Shown here piece after piece: positions 1 through 8,707 of a stretch of 27,823 nt of DNA. The stretch is from a candidate division Zixibacteria bacterium 4484_93. GTDB taxonomy: Bacteria > UBP14 > UBA6098 > 4484-93. Position 1 is the first letter of the stretch. Every line of letters begins with the position of its first letter. The notes below the pieces were generated by a model. It did not search any database and was not told where the DNA came from. It saw only the letters and a program-made list of their open reading frames with translations. The DNA lies in assembly GCA_002085385.1 (NCBI GenBank), contig NATO01000038.1, forward strand, positions 1 through 27,823. The letters run 5' to 3'. The position numbers and the translations under genes are program-made.

Positions 1-122
1 GCCACCTCCACAGAGGTTATATCGAAAAGGGGAGAAAGAGCAACTGCTACAATCCCGGAAAGAAAGAGAAATACAAACAAGAGCGGTCGTAGAAGTCTCT
101 TTTTCCTCCTAAAATTTGCCAA
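1..122 (-). CDS. ftsQ: Cell division protein FtsQ/DivIB, 5' fragment (continues past the left edge)
   Basis: Not in the ORF track. Manual translation from TTG at 122 gives MANFRRKKRLLRPLLFVFLFLSGIVAVALSPLFDITSVEV: basic N-terminus, one TM helix, then the SPxFxIxxVEV POTRA start. It overlaps the murB stop and sits at the canonical dcw position. Confidence 0.72.
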   Translation of the reverse strand, partial: MANFRRKKRLLRPLLFVFLFLSGIVAVALSPLFDITSVEV

Positions 123-1020
123 CCGTTACCACCTCCAGTGAGAGAGCGATGCGTGTCTTCTCAAAGACCTTGCTCCTCACGAGCTTTATAAGGTTATATA
201 TGTCCGATGCGGTCGCATTGCCCGTGTTCACGATGAAGTTCGCGTGAACCGGCGAGACCTGCGCACCGCCAACCCTTTTCCCTTTTAAGCCGAGCCAGTC
301 GATTATTCTCCCTGCCGAATCCCCCGGAGGGTTCTTGAATATGCATCCAGCAGAGCGCATATCGAGAGGCTGATTCATCCTTCGCTTCTCAAGGATGTCT
401 GAAGCAACAGAGGCAAGCTCTTTCTTGTCTCCTGGCGTAAGTTTCAGATATACTCCCGTTACGATAGCCCCTTCTTTCCCCTCGAAGCCGGTGCGATATG
501 AGAACTTCGGGTTATCGATTGCAAGCTTTTCTCCAGAGGATGACACAACCTCAAGAGATGTGACTCTGTCCCCGAAGAAGACACCGTATGCTCCTGCATT
601 CATCCAGGCAGCTCCACCAACCGTTCCCGGGATACCAGCAAGCTTTTCGAGCCCCGATAGAGTATGCTCTATTGCAAAGTCAATGAGTTCAGAAAGTGAG
701 GCACCCGATTGAGCAAAGAGAATCTCGCCCCTCTGCTCAATCAGGGAAAGATTATCAGCAAGCTTTATCACAACGCCTTCATATCCTTTGTCCGATACGA
801 GAAGGTTCGTCCCATTTCCTATAACAATAAACGGGTTCTCTCTCTCGGTAAGATGTCGCACAAGCGAGACAATCTCATCGACATCCGAGGGTAGAACAAG
901 CGCAGAACATCTTCCTCCCACACCAAAGGAGGTATGGCGGGAGAGAAGCTCATCAGGGAAAATCCTTCCTCGTGGAAGTAGCCGACTTATCCTGTCAATA
1001 TCTAATGTCAATCTTCTCAT
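109..1020 (-). CDS. murB: UDP-N-acetylenolpyruvoylglucosamine reductase
   Basis: Motifs GNGTNLL, IPGTVGGAAWMNAGAYG, SAGCIFKNP, HANFIVN; 303 aa; ATGA overlap with murC stop. Confidence 0.96.
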   Translation of the reverse strand: MRRLTLDIDRISRLLPRGRIFPDELLSRHTSFGVGGRCSALVLPSDVDEIVSLVRHLTERENPFIVIGNGTNLLVSDKGYEGVVIKLADNLSLIEQRGEILFAQSGASLSELIDFAIEHTLSGLEKLAGIPGTVGGAAWMNAGAYGVFFGDRVTSLEVVSSSGEKLAIDNPKFSYRTGFEGKEGAIVTGVYLKLTPGDKKELASVASDILEKRRMNQPLDMRSAGCIFKNPPGDSAGRIIDWLGLKGKRVGGAQVSPVHANFIVNTGNATASDIYNLIKLVRSKVFEKTRIALSLEVVTVGKF

Positions 1021-2408
1021 TTCCCCTTGAGTTCATCAACTATCTTGTCGCATACTTTCCAGACATCACCAGCACCGAGTGTTATTATCATATCCCCCGG
1101 TCGTGCGAGGTTGAGAACAAAGCTGGGGATACGGTCTCTGTCCTCGATATAGTAGACCTCTCTGTGTCCGAACTTTCTTGCGGCATCCGCAATAAGCTCG
1201 CCTGTCACACCCTCGAGTGGCTCCTCACGGGCAGCGTAGACATCGGTAACAATAAGCACATCACTCTGAAAGAAAGATTTCCCGAACTCGTTGTAGAACA
1301 TCTGCGTTCGGCTGTAGAGATGTGGCTGGAAGACCGCTATGACTCTGCGGTTGTATCCGAGTTTTGCAGCTTGAAGCGTCGCCCGTATCTCTGTTGGGTG
1401 GTGAGCGAAATCATCCACAACAAGGATACCCGCTATCTCACCCTTCACCTGAAAGCGTCTGTAGACTCCGGCAAACCTCCCGACCGCATTTTTTATATCC
1501 TTAATTGGGATGTCAAGCTCAAGTCCCACACCGACCGCTGCCAGGATATTCTTTACATTATGGAGTCCGAGCAGCCGGGATTTAAATCCGGATATTCTTT
1601 TTCCTCTTATCTCGAGGTCGAAGCGGCTCCCGTTCTCGGAGAAAAACAGCCTGCTTGCCCTTATGTCCGCCTGTGTGGAAAGCCCGTAAGTTATGATGTT
1701 CTTCTCTATCTGCGGGATTATCTCCTGGATGCTTCTCTCATCGAGGCAAAGGATAACCGAGCCATAGAACGGGACCTTATTTGCAAACTCAATGAACGCC
1801 GCTTTGAGCTCGTCGAAGCTGCCGTAGCACTCGAGATGCTCCGCCTCGAGGGTCGTTATGACGGCAAGGGTGGGGTTAAGCTCCAGGAACGAGCGGTCGA
1901 ATTCATCCGCCTCGGCAACGAAGTAGTCAGATGTTCCAAGTTTTGCACCCGAACGGAGACTAACAACGCGTCCGCCAACAACTATTGTTGGGTCAAGTCC
2001 TCCCTCCACAAGTATCTCTCCAACGATGGATGTCGTGGTGCTTTTACCGTGTGTCCCGGCTATGGCTATCCCGTATTTCATCCGCATAAGCTCGGCAAGC
2101 ATCTCCGAGCGACGGATAATGGGAATACCTTTCTGCTTTGCACGGACAACCTCGGTATTCGTCTCCTTAACAGCAGATGAGACAACGACAACATCGACAT
2201 TATCGTCCACATTATCTGGAGAATGTCCAATATGGATGGTCACCCCCAGAGCCTTCAACTTCCGCGTGACATCGGTCTCGACGAGGTCAGAACCAGTTAT
2301 ACGGTAGCCCATATTTAGAAGTATCTCCGCTATGCCACTCATTCCGCTTCCACCTATACCGACAAAGTGGAGTATTTTAACCTTACCAAATGGCCGAGTT
2401 GTTGTCAT
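1017..2408 (-). CDS. murC: UDP-N-acetylmuramate--L-alanine ligase
   Basis: GIGGSGMS, P-loop GTHGKSTT, EADE, HNVKN, DDFAHHPTE, FQPHLYSRT; 463 aa. Confidence 0.97.
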   Translation of the reverse strand: MTTTRPFGKVKILHFVGIGGSGMSGIAEILLNMGYRITGSDLVETDVTRKLKALGVTIHIGHSPDNVDDNVDVVVVSSAVKETNTEVVRAKQKGIPIIRRSEMLAELMRMKYGIAIAGTHGKSTTTSIVGEILVEGGLDPTIVVGGRVVSLRSGAKLGTSDYFVAEADEFDRSFLELNPTLAVITTLEAEHLECYGSFDELKAAFIEFANKVPFYGSVILCLDERSIQEIIPQIEKNIITYGLSTQADIRASRLFFSENGSRFDLEIRGKRISGFKSRLLGLHNVKNILAAVGVGLELDIPIKDIKNAVGRFAGVYRRFQVKGEIAGILVVDDFAHHPTEIRATLQAAKLGYNRRVIAVFQPHLYSRTQMFYNEFGKSFFQSDVLIVTDVYAAREEPLEGVTGELIADAARKFGHREVYYIEDRDRIPSFVLNLARPGDMIITLGAGDVWKVCDKIVDELKGK

Positions 2409-3496
2409 TCCATCTCCTCAAGTATAATATTCGCTATCCTCTCCGCCGCATCGGGATGAGCAAAACAGCGTATCGCCTCCGACATACTATCGAGCTTCTC
2501 CTCATCGGATAAGATTCCCGCAACTGTTTCCTCAAGGAGTTGTGGGCTCAGCTCGTTGTCCCGTATCACGACCGCTCCCCCGGACGAGGCAACAGCCTTG
2601 GCATTGAGGAGCTGGTGCCCACCTGTTGCATAAGGGTAAGGCACAAGAACCGCAGGCTTGCCGAGAGCCGCAATCTCTGCAAGCGTCAGGGCACCCGCAC
2701 GGGCAACGACTACATCCGAGGCGAAGATAAAATCAGCTATTCGCTCGGTGAAATCGAATATGTAGACCGATGACTCCTCCTGCCTCGAGAGAGGGAGATA
2801 CCGCACAAAATCGGTTCTTCCTGTCTGCCAGATGAACTGCCAGTCCGTCTTTCCAACAAGCTGTGATACAACCCTGTTCAGAGATGATGCCCCCTGACTC
2901 CCACCCGTTATAAGCACGGTCTTTTTCTGGGGTGAAAGTCCAACAGATGCAAGTATCTCCTCACGAGTTCCACTAATTCCTCTCCTCGGTATGGGGTTCC
3001 CTGTGAATACCACCCTCCCTTTGAGATATTTCGCAGCCTCGGGAAAACCGACAAAACTTATCCTTGCAAAGCTCGAAGCTACCCTCGATGCCACCCCTGG
3101 GACACTGTTCTGCTCCTGAAGGAAAACAGGTTTCCTCATAAGATACCCTGCAAAACCGATAGGCACAGATGGATACCCCCCTGCAAGCACAACAACGGAG
3201 ACCCCAAACCTTTTCAGCTTTTCCATTGCAAGGAGAACGGATAACACAAGTCGGAACGGGAAGAGCAGGGCATCAGTCCCTATACTTCTCGGCAGTGGGT
3301 AGGAAAGAACAGGGACATACTTGTATCCGTGAGCCTGGATGAGAGTTCTGTCGATTGGACGAGAAGTGGCAAAGAACAATATTTCACACGATGGCGAAAG
3401 CTTACCTATCGCATCGGCAATAGCAATAGCCGGAACAAGATGTCCACCTGTCCCACCAGCGGCAAAACCCGCTACTCTATGTCTGGAACCTGACAT
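2405..3496 (-). CDS. murG: Lipid II GlcNAc transferase (GT28)
   Basis: GGTGGH, EQN, TGNP, GGSQGA, RAGALTLAE, HQLLNA; 363 aa. Confidence 0.96.
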   Translation of the reverse strand: MSGSRHRVAGFAAGGTGGHLVPAIAIADAIGKLSPSCEILFFATSRPIDRTLIQAHGYKYVPVLSYPLPRSIGTDALLFPFRLVLSVLLAMEKLKRFGVSVVVLAGGYPSVPIGFAGYLMRKPVFLQEQNSVPGVASRVASSFARISFVGFPEAAKYLKGRVVFTGNPIPRRGISGTREEILASVGLSPQKKTVLITGGSQGASSLNRVVSQLVGKTDWQFIWQTGRTDFVRYLPLSRQEESSVYIFDFTERIADFIFASDVVVARAGALTLAEIAALGKPAVLVPYPYATGGHQLLNAKAVASSGGAVVIRDNELSPQLLEETVAGILSDEEKLDSMSEAIRCFAHPDAAERIANIILEEME

Positions 3497-4625
3497 TTTT
3501 CATCCTATCGGGGGCAAGCACCGATTCATCCAGTGGAACCGATACCTGCGATGATATGTTCAAAAGTATCCCAACGGATATAAAATTCACTAAAAGAGCC
3601 GTTCCACCGAAGCTGACGAACGGTAGTGGCAGTCCCGTTACAGGAAACCTCGCAAGAGCCACCGCTATGTTCAAAATTGCATAGAGCATTATCATCACCG
3701 TTAAACCGGATCCGAGAAGTGCACCGAAGTAGTCCCGCGAGTGAAGCGATATCTTCAGACCCCGGTAGAAGAGATACAGGAATAGAGCGAGCACGAGAGT
3801 CGTTCCAACAAAACCGAACTCCTCACCTATAACGGAGAAGATAAAATCTGTATGAGGCCTCGGTAAAAAATACATCTTTTGCTTGCCGAGACTGCTACCA
3901 AATAGTGACCCGGAGGCAAACGCTATAAGTGACTGAAGGACGTTGGGCGGTATCTCCCCCTTTATTGAAGCTATTATTCTTTCAATGGCATAGGCTGATG
4001 ACCTCGGGGTGGAAAACATCTTTGCCGCAATCACAAGAATACCAGAAAAAGTAACACCAGCTATCTTGAGCAGGGGGACACCAGAAAGAAATAGCATTCC
4101 GAGGAAAAGAGCAAAAATAACCACCGCCGTGCCATAGTTTGGTTCAAGGAGAACGAGGACAATAACCGTTCCCGAAACAGCGCAGAGTGGCAAAAGGAAC
4201 CTCTTAATCTCTGCCCGATGGTTGCGGTTTCTGGCAACAAAATCTGCTATGAACAGGACAAGTGCGAGCCTGGCGAGGTCGGACGGCTGAAACTGGAAAG
4301 AGCCTATCTTTATCCACCTGTGAACATCACTGTGCGGAGCAGTAAAAAGAACCACAATAAGTGGAATAAGAACGAGTGCGAGCATAAGCCCTGCATACTT
4401 GCGCAACCTGTGATAATCGTATGTGGCAAAGAATAACATAGCAGCAATCCCAACAGCCACTCGGAGCAAATGCCCGAACAGATAGAACTGTGGATTACCC
4501 AGAATATCCATCGCACGAACGGAACTGGCAGAATAGACCATAACTATACCAATTGCAGTGAGAACAAGAACCGTCTGGAGCAATCGATAGTCCATCCTGT
4601 CGAGAAAGATTAACTTATTTTCCAA
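3477..4625 (-). CDS. ftsW: SEDS-family peptidoglycan polymerase FtsW
   Basis: Polytopic membrane protein with MVYSASS, RWIKIGSFQFQPSDLA, HTDFIF, GLPLPFVSFGGT. Start placed at TTG 4625 (overlaps murD stop); ATG 4595 is an alternative. Confidence 0.93.
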   Translation of the reverse strand: MENKLIFLDRMDYRLLQTVLVLTAIGIVMVYSASSVRAMDILGNPQFYLFGHLLRVAVGIAAMLFFATYDYHRLRKYAGLMLALVLIPLIVVLFTAPHSDVHRWIKIGSFQFQPSDLARLALVLFIADFVARNRNHRAEIKRFLLPLCAVSGTVIVLVLLEPNYGTAVVIFALFLGMLFLSGVPLLKIAGVTFSGILVIAAKMFSTPRSSAYAIERIIASIKGEIPPNVLQSLIAFASGSLFGSSLGKQKMYFLPRPHTDFIFSVIGEEFGFVGTTLVLALFLYLFYRGLKISLHSRDYFGALLGSGLTVMIMLYAILNIAVALARFPVTGLPLPFVSFGGTALLVNFISVGILLNISSQVSVPLDESVLAPDRMKNVRFQT

Positions 4626-5964
4626 CAATCTCCTGAACAATCTGCTTGAACCTCCTGCCTCTTTCCTCATAGTTCTTGAACATATCGAAGCTGGCGCATC
4701 CAGGTGATAAGAGGACTGTATCCCCCGGATTCACAATAGATACAGTTCTGAAGACGGCTTCTTCGAGACTGTCCGCATATTCCCAGGGAATAAACCTGCC
4801 GAGTGAAGAAGAGATAATCTCCCTCGCCTCGCCTATGAGTATCATATATCTGACCTTTTTCCTTGCTTCTTCCTTTAGGAGAAGGAAATCTCCACCCTTG
4901 TAGCGTCCACCGGCAATGAGTATAATGGGGGAAGAAAGGCTTTTTAGGGCAAAGAGCACAGAGTCGACATTTGTCCCTTTAGAATCGTTGATAAAGAGGA
5001 CACCATCCTTCTCCACCACTTTTTCCAACCTGTGCTCAAGTCCGGGGAACTCCTGCAAGAATGAAACCATAACATCATCTGGTAGACCCAGAATAGTTCC
5101 CACGGACACAGCAGCAAGGTAATCCTGGATATCACCCGATTTCCCTATCTCCTTCTTCGAGGCGAATCGCCGGATGCGACCAGCGGATGCAATGTAAATC
5201 TGGTCTCCATCGACAAAAACCCCCTCATTAACCGGCTCACGCTGGCTGAAGAAAAGTTTTCTGGAATACACCCTGCCTTCCATAAGCCGCATAATGTTCT
5301 CATCGTCTTTATTAAGTACTGCCCAGTTACTTCTTGCCTGATTTGCAAATATCCGCATCTTGGAGAGGTAGTAGTCCTCGACCGATGGGTAACGGTCGAG
5401 ATGGTCGGGCGTCAAATTAAGCAGAACGGCAACATCCGGCGAAAATTCCCTCACCGTATCCAGTTGAAAACTCGACACTTCAACAACGGATATCGAATCC
5501 TCTGTCGTCTGATCCACAAACTGAGAGAATGCTGTCCCGATATTTCCACCAATAAATACATCCTTCCCGGCTGATTCGAGCATCCCTCCAATGAGTGCAA
5601 CCGTCGTGCTCTTCCCGTTTGAGCCTGTGACGGCAACGAGACTCCCCTTGAGAAACCAATAAGCAAGCTCTATCTCGCTTATAATCGGTATCTGCTTGTC
5701 TGCGACCGAGCACACGACAGGTGAATCGAGTGGAACTCCGGGGCTCACGACGACAATATCCGCCGAAAGAATCACCCTTGTGTGCCCCCCGAGTTCGCAT
5801 TTAACTCCGAGCTTAGCAAGTCGACGGCGGATTTCTTTCTTCTCATCCGATGAGGAAATCTCACTTACAAAAACCGAAGCTCCCTTTCTGGCAAGCAGTT
5901 TTGCTGCTGCTTCTCCGCTCCTTGCAAGACCGAGAACCGCTACCTTTTTCCCTCGAAAATCCAT
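4615..5964 (-). CDS. murD: UDP-MurNAc-L-Ala--D-glutamate ligase
   Basis: GLARSG, SPGVP, GSNGKSTT, GGNIG, EVSSFQL, DHLDRY, DSKGTN, SPGCASFDMFKNYEERG; 449 aa. Confidence 0.96.
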   Translation of the reverse strand: MDFRGKKVAVLGLARSGEAAAKLLARKGASVFVSEISSSDEKKEIRRRLAKLGVKCELGGHTRVILSADIVVVSPGVPLDSPVVCSVADKQIPIISEIELAYWFLKGSLVAVTGSNGKSTTVALIGGMLESAGKDVFIGGNIGTAFSQFVDQTTEDSISVVEVSSFQLDTVREFSPDVAVLLNLTPDHLDRYPSVEDYYLSKMRIFANQARSNWAVLNKDDENIMRLMEGRVYSRKLFFSQREPVNEGVFVDGDQIYIASAGRIRRFASKKEIGKSGDIQDYLAAVSVGTILGLPDDVMVSFLQEFPGLEHRLEKVVEKDGVLFINDSKGTNVDSVLFALKSLSSPIILIAGGRYKGGDFLLLKEEARKKVRYMILIGEAREIISSSLGRFIPWEYADSLEEAVFRTVSIVNPGDTVLLSPGCASFDMFKNYEERGRRFKQIVQEIVGK

Positions 5965-5967
5965 CGC

Positions 5968-7056
5968 CTACCTTACCTTGAATGTCAGAACCGCCAGAAG
6001 TGCGAAAATCACGCCAACAAGCCAGAACCTGACAACTATCTTGGGCTCAGAAATGCCTTTTAGCTCGTAGTGATGGTGCAGTGGAGCCATCCGAAAGACC
6101 CGCTTCCCACCCGTCATCTTGAAGTAGCCGACCTGTATGATAACGGATAACGCCTCCACAACGAAAACCCCTCCTGCTACTGCAAACGCAAGCTCCTTCT
6201 TTAAGAGGACCGCCATAACCCCGAACGCTCCACCGAGAGCAAGCGCACCTGTATCTCCCATAAAAACGCTGGCAGGGAATGAGTTGTACCACAAAAAGCC
6301 CAAACAGGCACCCGTCAGGGCACTGGCGAATATCGCAACCTCACCTGCACCAGGTAGATATGTTATGTGCAGGTATCTGGTGATGTCGGAGCGTCCACTT
6401 ATGTAAGCGGCGACAATAAAGAAAGAGGATGTTATAGCAGCGAGGCCAACAGCAAGGCCATCGAGACCATCGGTCAGGTTGATTGCATTACTGGAACCCG
6501 TTATTATAAACACCACCCACAGGATGTAGAAGATTCCAAAGTTTATCACATATTCCTTGAAGAAAAGCACCTCGGTCGATGTGCGCATTACCGGGTATGG
6601 CGGGCGGAAGTAAAGGAAAAGTCCAATCAGAATACCCAGCAACAGCTGCCACATCAGTTTCTGTTTCCCCAGAAGTCCATATCCATTCTTCCCTCGCACC
6701 TTCGCATAGTCATCGAGGAAGCCGAGTACACCCATCCAGACAGTAGAGAGAAGAACTATCAACACATAGACATTGGTGACATCTGCCCACAGGAGACTGG
6801 AGAGGATTGTCGAGAAGAGTATAACGAGCCCACCCATTGTCGGTGTTCCTCTCTTGGAGAAATGAGATGCCGGTCCCTCAGGACGAATATTCTCACCTAT
6901 GTGCTTGCTTTTCAAGAAGCTTACAATCTTTTTCCCAATCCAGAAACTCAACACAAGAGCAGTTATAAGCGCCATTATTGTTCGGAAGGTTATGTAGCGG
7001 AAGATGTTGAATACAAACATCTTTTCATACAAAGGAAATAACAGAAAATACAGCAC
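5968..7056 (-). CDS. mraY: Phospho-MurNAc-pentapeptide transferase
   Basis: TPTMGG, NAINLTDGLDG, FMGDTG, MAPLHHHYE; GTG start; 362 aa, hydrophobic. Confidence 0.97.
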   Translation of the reverse strand: MLYFLLFPLYEKMFVFNIFRYITFRTIMALITALVLSFWIGKKIVSFLKSKHIGENIRPEGPASHFSKRGTPTMGGLVILFSTILSSLLWADVTNVYVLIVLLSTVWMGVLGFLDDYAKVRGKNGYGLLGKQKLMWQLLLGILIGLFLYFRPPYPVMRTSTEVLFFKEYVINFGIFYILWVVFIITGSSNAINLTDGLDGLAVGLAAITSSFFIVAAYISGRSDITRYLHITYLPGAGEVAIFASALTGACLGFLWYNSFPASVFMGDTGALALGGAFGVMAVLLKKELAFAVAGGVFVVEALSVIIQVGYFKMTGGKRVFRMAPLHHHYELKGISEPKIVVRFWLVGVIFALLAVLTFKVR

Positions 7057-7337
7057 TATCTTCCCCTTCTTCCTGTTCTTTTTCTGGGAGGTGTCTTTGC
7101 CGGGAGGAGATTTTTCGTTCTAAACCGCTGGCGAGCCACCCTCAATCCTGGTTTTGGCGAATAGAAGCAAAACATCCTGGGATAGAGCGGCTTGAGATGC
7201 ATTCCCCCTTTGAGAAGGGATGCGTCGAATATCTCCACCCGGGACATAAGCATAACTCTTATTGAAACTCCCTTCTTGGGCATAGGAATATCTTCACACA
7301 ACAAAGCTCCGGGAATAAGTATTCCCAGAAGCAACAT
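7056..7337 (-). CDS. Hypothetical 93-aa protein (hydrophobic N-terminus, very basic C-terminus) inserted in the dcw operon
   Basis: Fills the murF-mraY gap exactly. Its ATG overlaps the murF stop (TAATG) and its TAG overlaps the mraY GTG (TAGTG). No family recognised. Confidence 0.65.
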   Translation of the reverse strand: MLLLGILIPGALLCEDIPMPKKGVSIRVMLMSRVEIFDASLLKGGMHLKPLYPRMFCFYSPKPGLRVARQRFRTKNLLPAKTPPRKRTGRRGR

Positions 7338-8707
7338 TAGTCCAATCGCTTTTGCCATAGCTCCACAATGCTTTCTACTATCTCCTCCATTCTCATTGCT
7401 CTGGAGCCCTTGACCAGAACGATGTCCTTGGGCATAACAAACCCCTCGAGGAAGAGTATAAGCTCCTTCTTTGTCTCGAAATGGGCGCAAGGGAATCCGA
7501 TAGAAGAAGCTTTCTCGTGGGTCTTCTGGGTTCTCTCACCCACGGTTGCAAGAAAGTCGACCCCAACCGCACAAGAGTAATCGGCTATCTTCTCGTGGTA
7601 GTTCGCCTCGTCTTTCCCTGTCTCGAGCATATCACCGATAACCGCTATCCGTCGCCCTTCCACCTTCATCCTGGCAAGGGTTTCAAGAGCCTCCCGGACG
7701 GATAACGGATTGGCATTGTATGTATCATCGAGAACTGTTATTCCACCTATCCTCAACAGCTTCATCCTCCCGGCAAGGGTTCTAAACCCCTCAAGAGCTT
7801 CAACAATCTTTTCACCGGGAACCCGAAACAGCCTTGCCACAGCGTATGCACAGAGTGCATTGTATATGTTGAACCTGCCTGGTATTCCGAGGGCTATCCT
7901 CTGCCCATCCACGCTGAAGCTTGCTTTACCTTCGGCATCAAGGACGATATCCTCGGCGCGGTAGTCGGCAGATGACTCTATTCCATAGGTCACCGTCTGC
8001 GAAGCCGCCATCGGATTGAAACGAACGAGAAGCGGGTCATCGGCATTTACTATCACATACGAACCAGGATTGGAATATTTGACCAGAGCGAACTTCTCCC
8101 TTGCCACATTCTCCACGCTACCAAGCCCTTCAAGGTGAACGGGTGCGACATTTGTTAAAGCCACAACATCTGGAAGAATCATCTTTGCGAGACGCTCCAT
8201 CTCACCAGGAACCGATATGCCTGCCTCGAGCACTGCGACATCGTGCATCCGCTCAATCTGGAAAACAGACAATGGAACACCGAGAAGGTTGTTATAATTC
8301 TTGATGCTTTCGACCACAAGCATACTTTTACCAAGCGATGATGCTATCATCCGCCGGGTCGTCGTCTTGCCGACAGAACCTGTTACACCGACCACAGTGA
8401 GGTCGAACCTCTGCCTATAAAACGAGGCGAGCTCACCGAGAGCCAAGACAGTATTCTTAACCACAAGATATGGAACAGTCGCGGGATATTGCGGGTCATC
8501 GTGGAGAACAAGGAGAGCAGCTCCTTTGTGTTCTGCATCACGGGAAAACTTCTGCCCATCTGTTCTTTCACCCTTCACGGCAAAGAAGGCCTCTCCCGGA
8601 TGAATACTTCTCGTATCTATCGAGACCCCGTGGATGACACCAGAGAGCCTTCCCGACACCTCACCATCCATTACCGATATCACATCCTTTATCTCGAGCG
8701 GTTCCAT
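7337..8707 (-). CDS. murF: UDP-MurNAc-tripeptide--D-Ala-D-Ala ligase
   Basis: IDTRSI, GSVGKTTT, NYNNLLGVP, DDTYNANP, IGDMLE, KGSRAMRME; 456 aa. Confidence 0.96.
   Translation of the reverse strand: MEPLEIKDVISVMDGEVSGRLSGVIHGVSIDTRSIHPGEAFFAVKGERTDGQKFSRDAEHKGAALLVLHDDPQYPATVPYLVVKNTVLALGELASFYRQRFDLTVVGVTGSVGKTTTRRMIASSLGKSMLVVESIKNYNNLLGVPLSVFQIERMHDVAVLEAGISVPGEMERLAKMILPDVVALTNVAPVHLEGLGSVENVAREKFALVKYSNPGSYVIVNADDPLLVRFNPMAASQTVTYGIESSADYRAEDIVLDAEGKASFSVDGQRIALGIPGRFNIYNALCAYAVARLFRVPGEKIVEALEGFRTLAGRMKLLRIGGITVLDDTYNANPLSVREALETLARMKVEGRRIAVIGDMLETGKDEANYHEKIADYSCAVGVDFLATVGERTQKTHEKASSIGFPCAHFETKKELILFLEGFVMPKDIVLVKGSRAMRMEEIVESIVELWQKRLD

Noticed and set aside
972-2180. 402-aa plus-strand ORF antisense to murC
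   Set aside because: It is in the same codon register as murC (a mirror ORF produced by codon bias), with no motifs or RBS.
7338-7490. Upstream extension of the murF-mraY ORF given in the ORF track (144 aa)
   Set aside because: It overlaps murF by about 150 bp; the ATG at 7337 coupled to the murF stop is the more plausible start.
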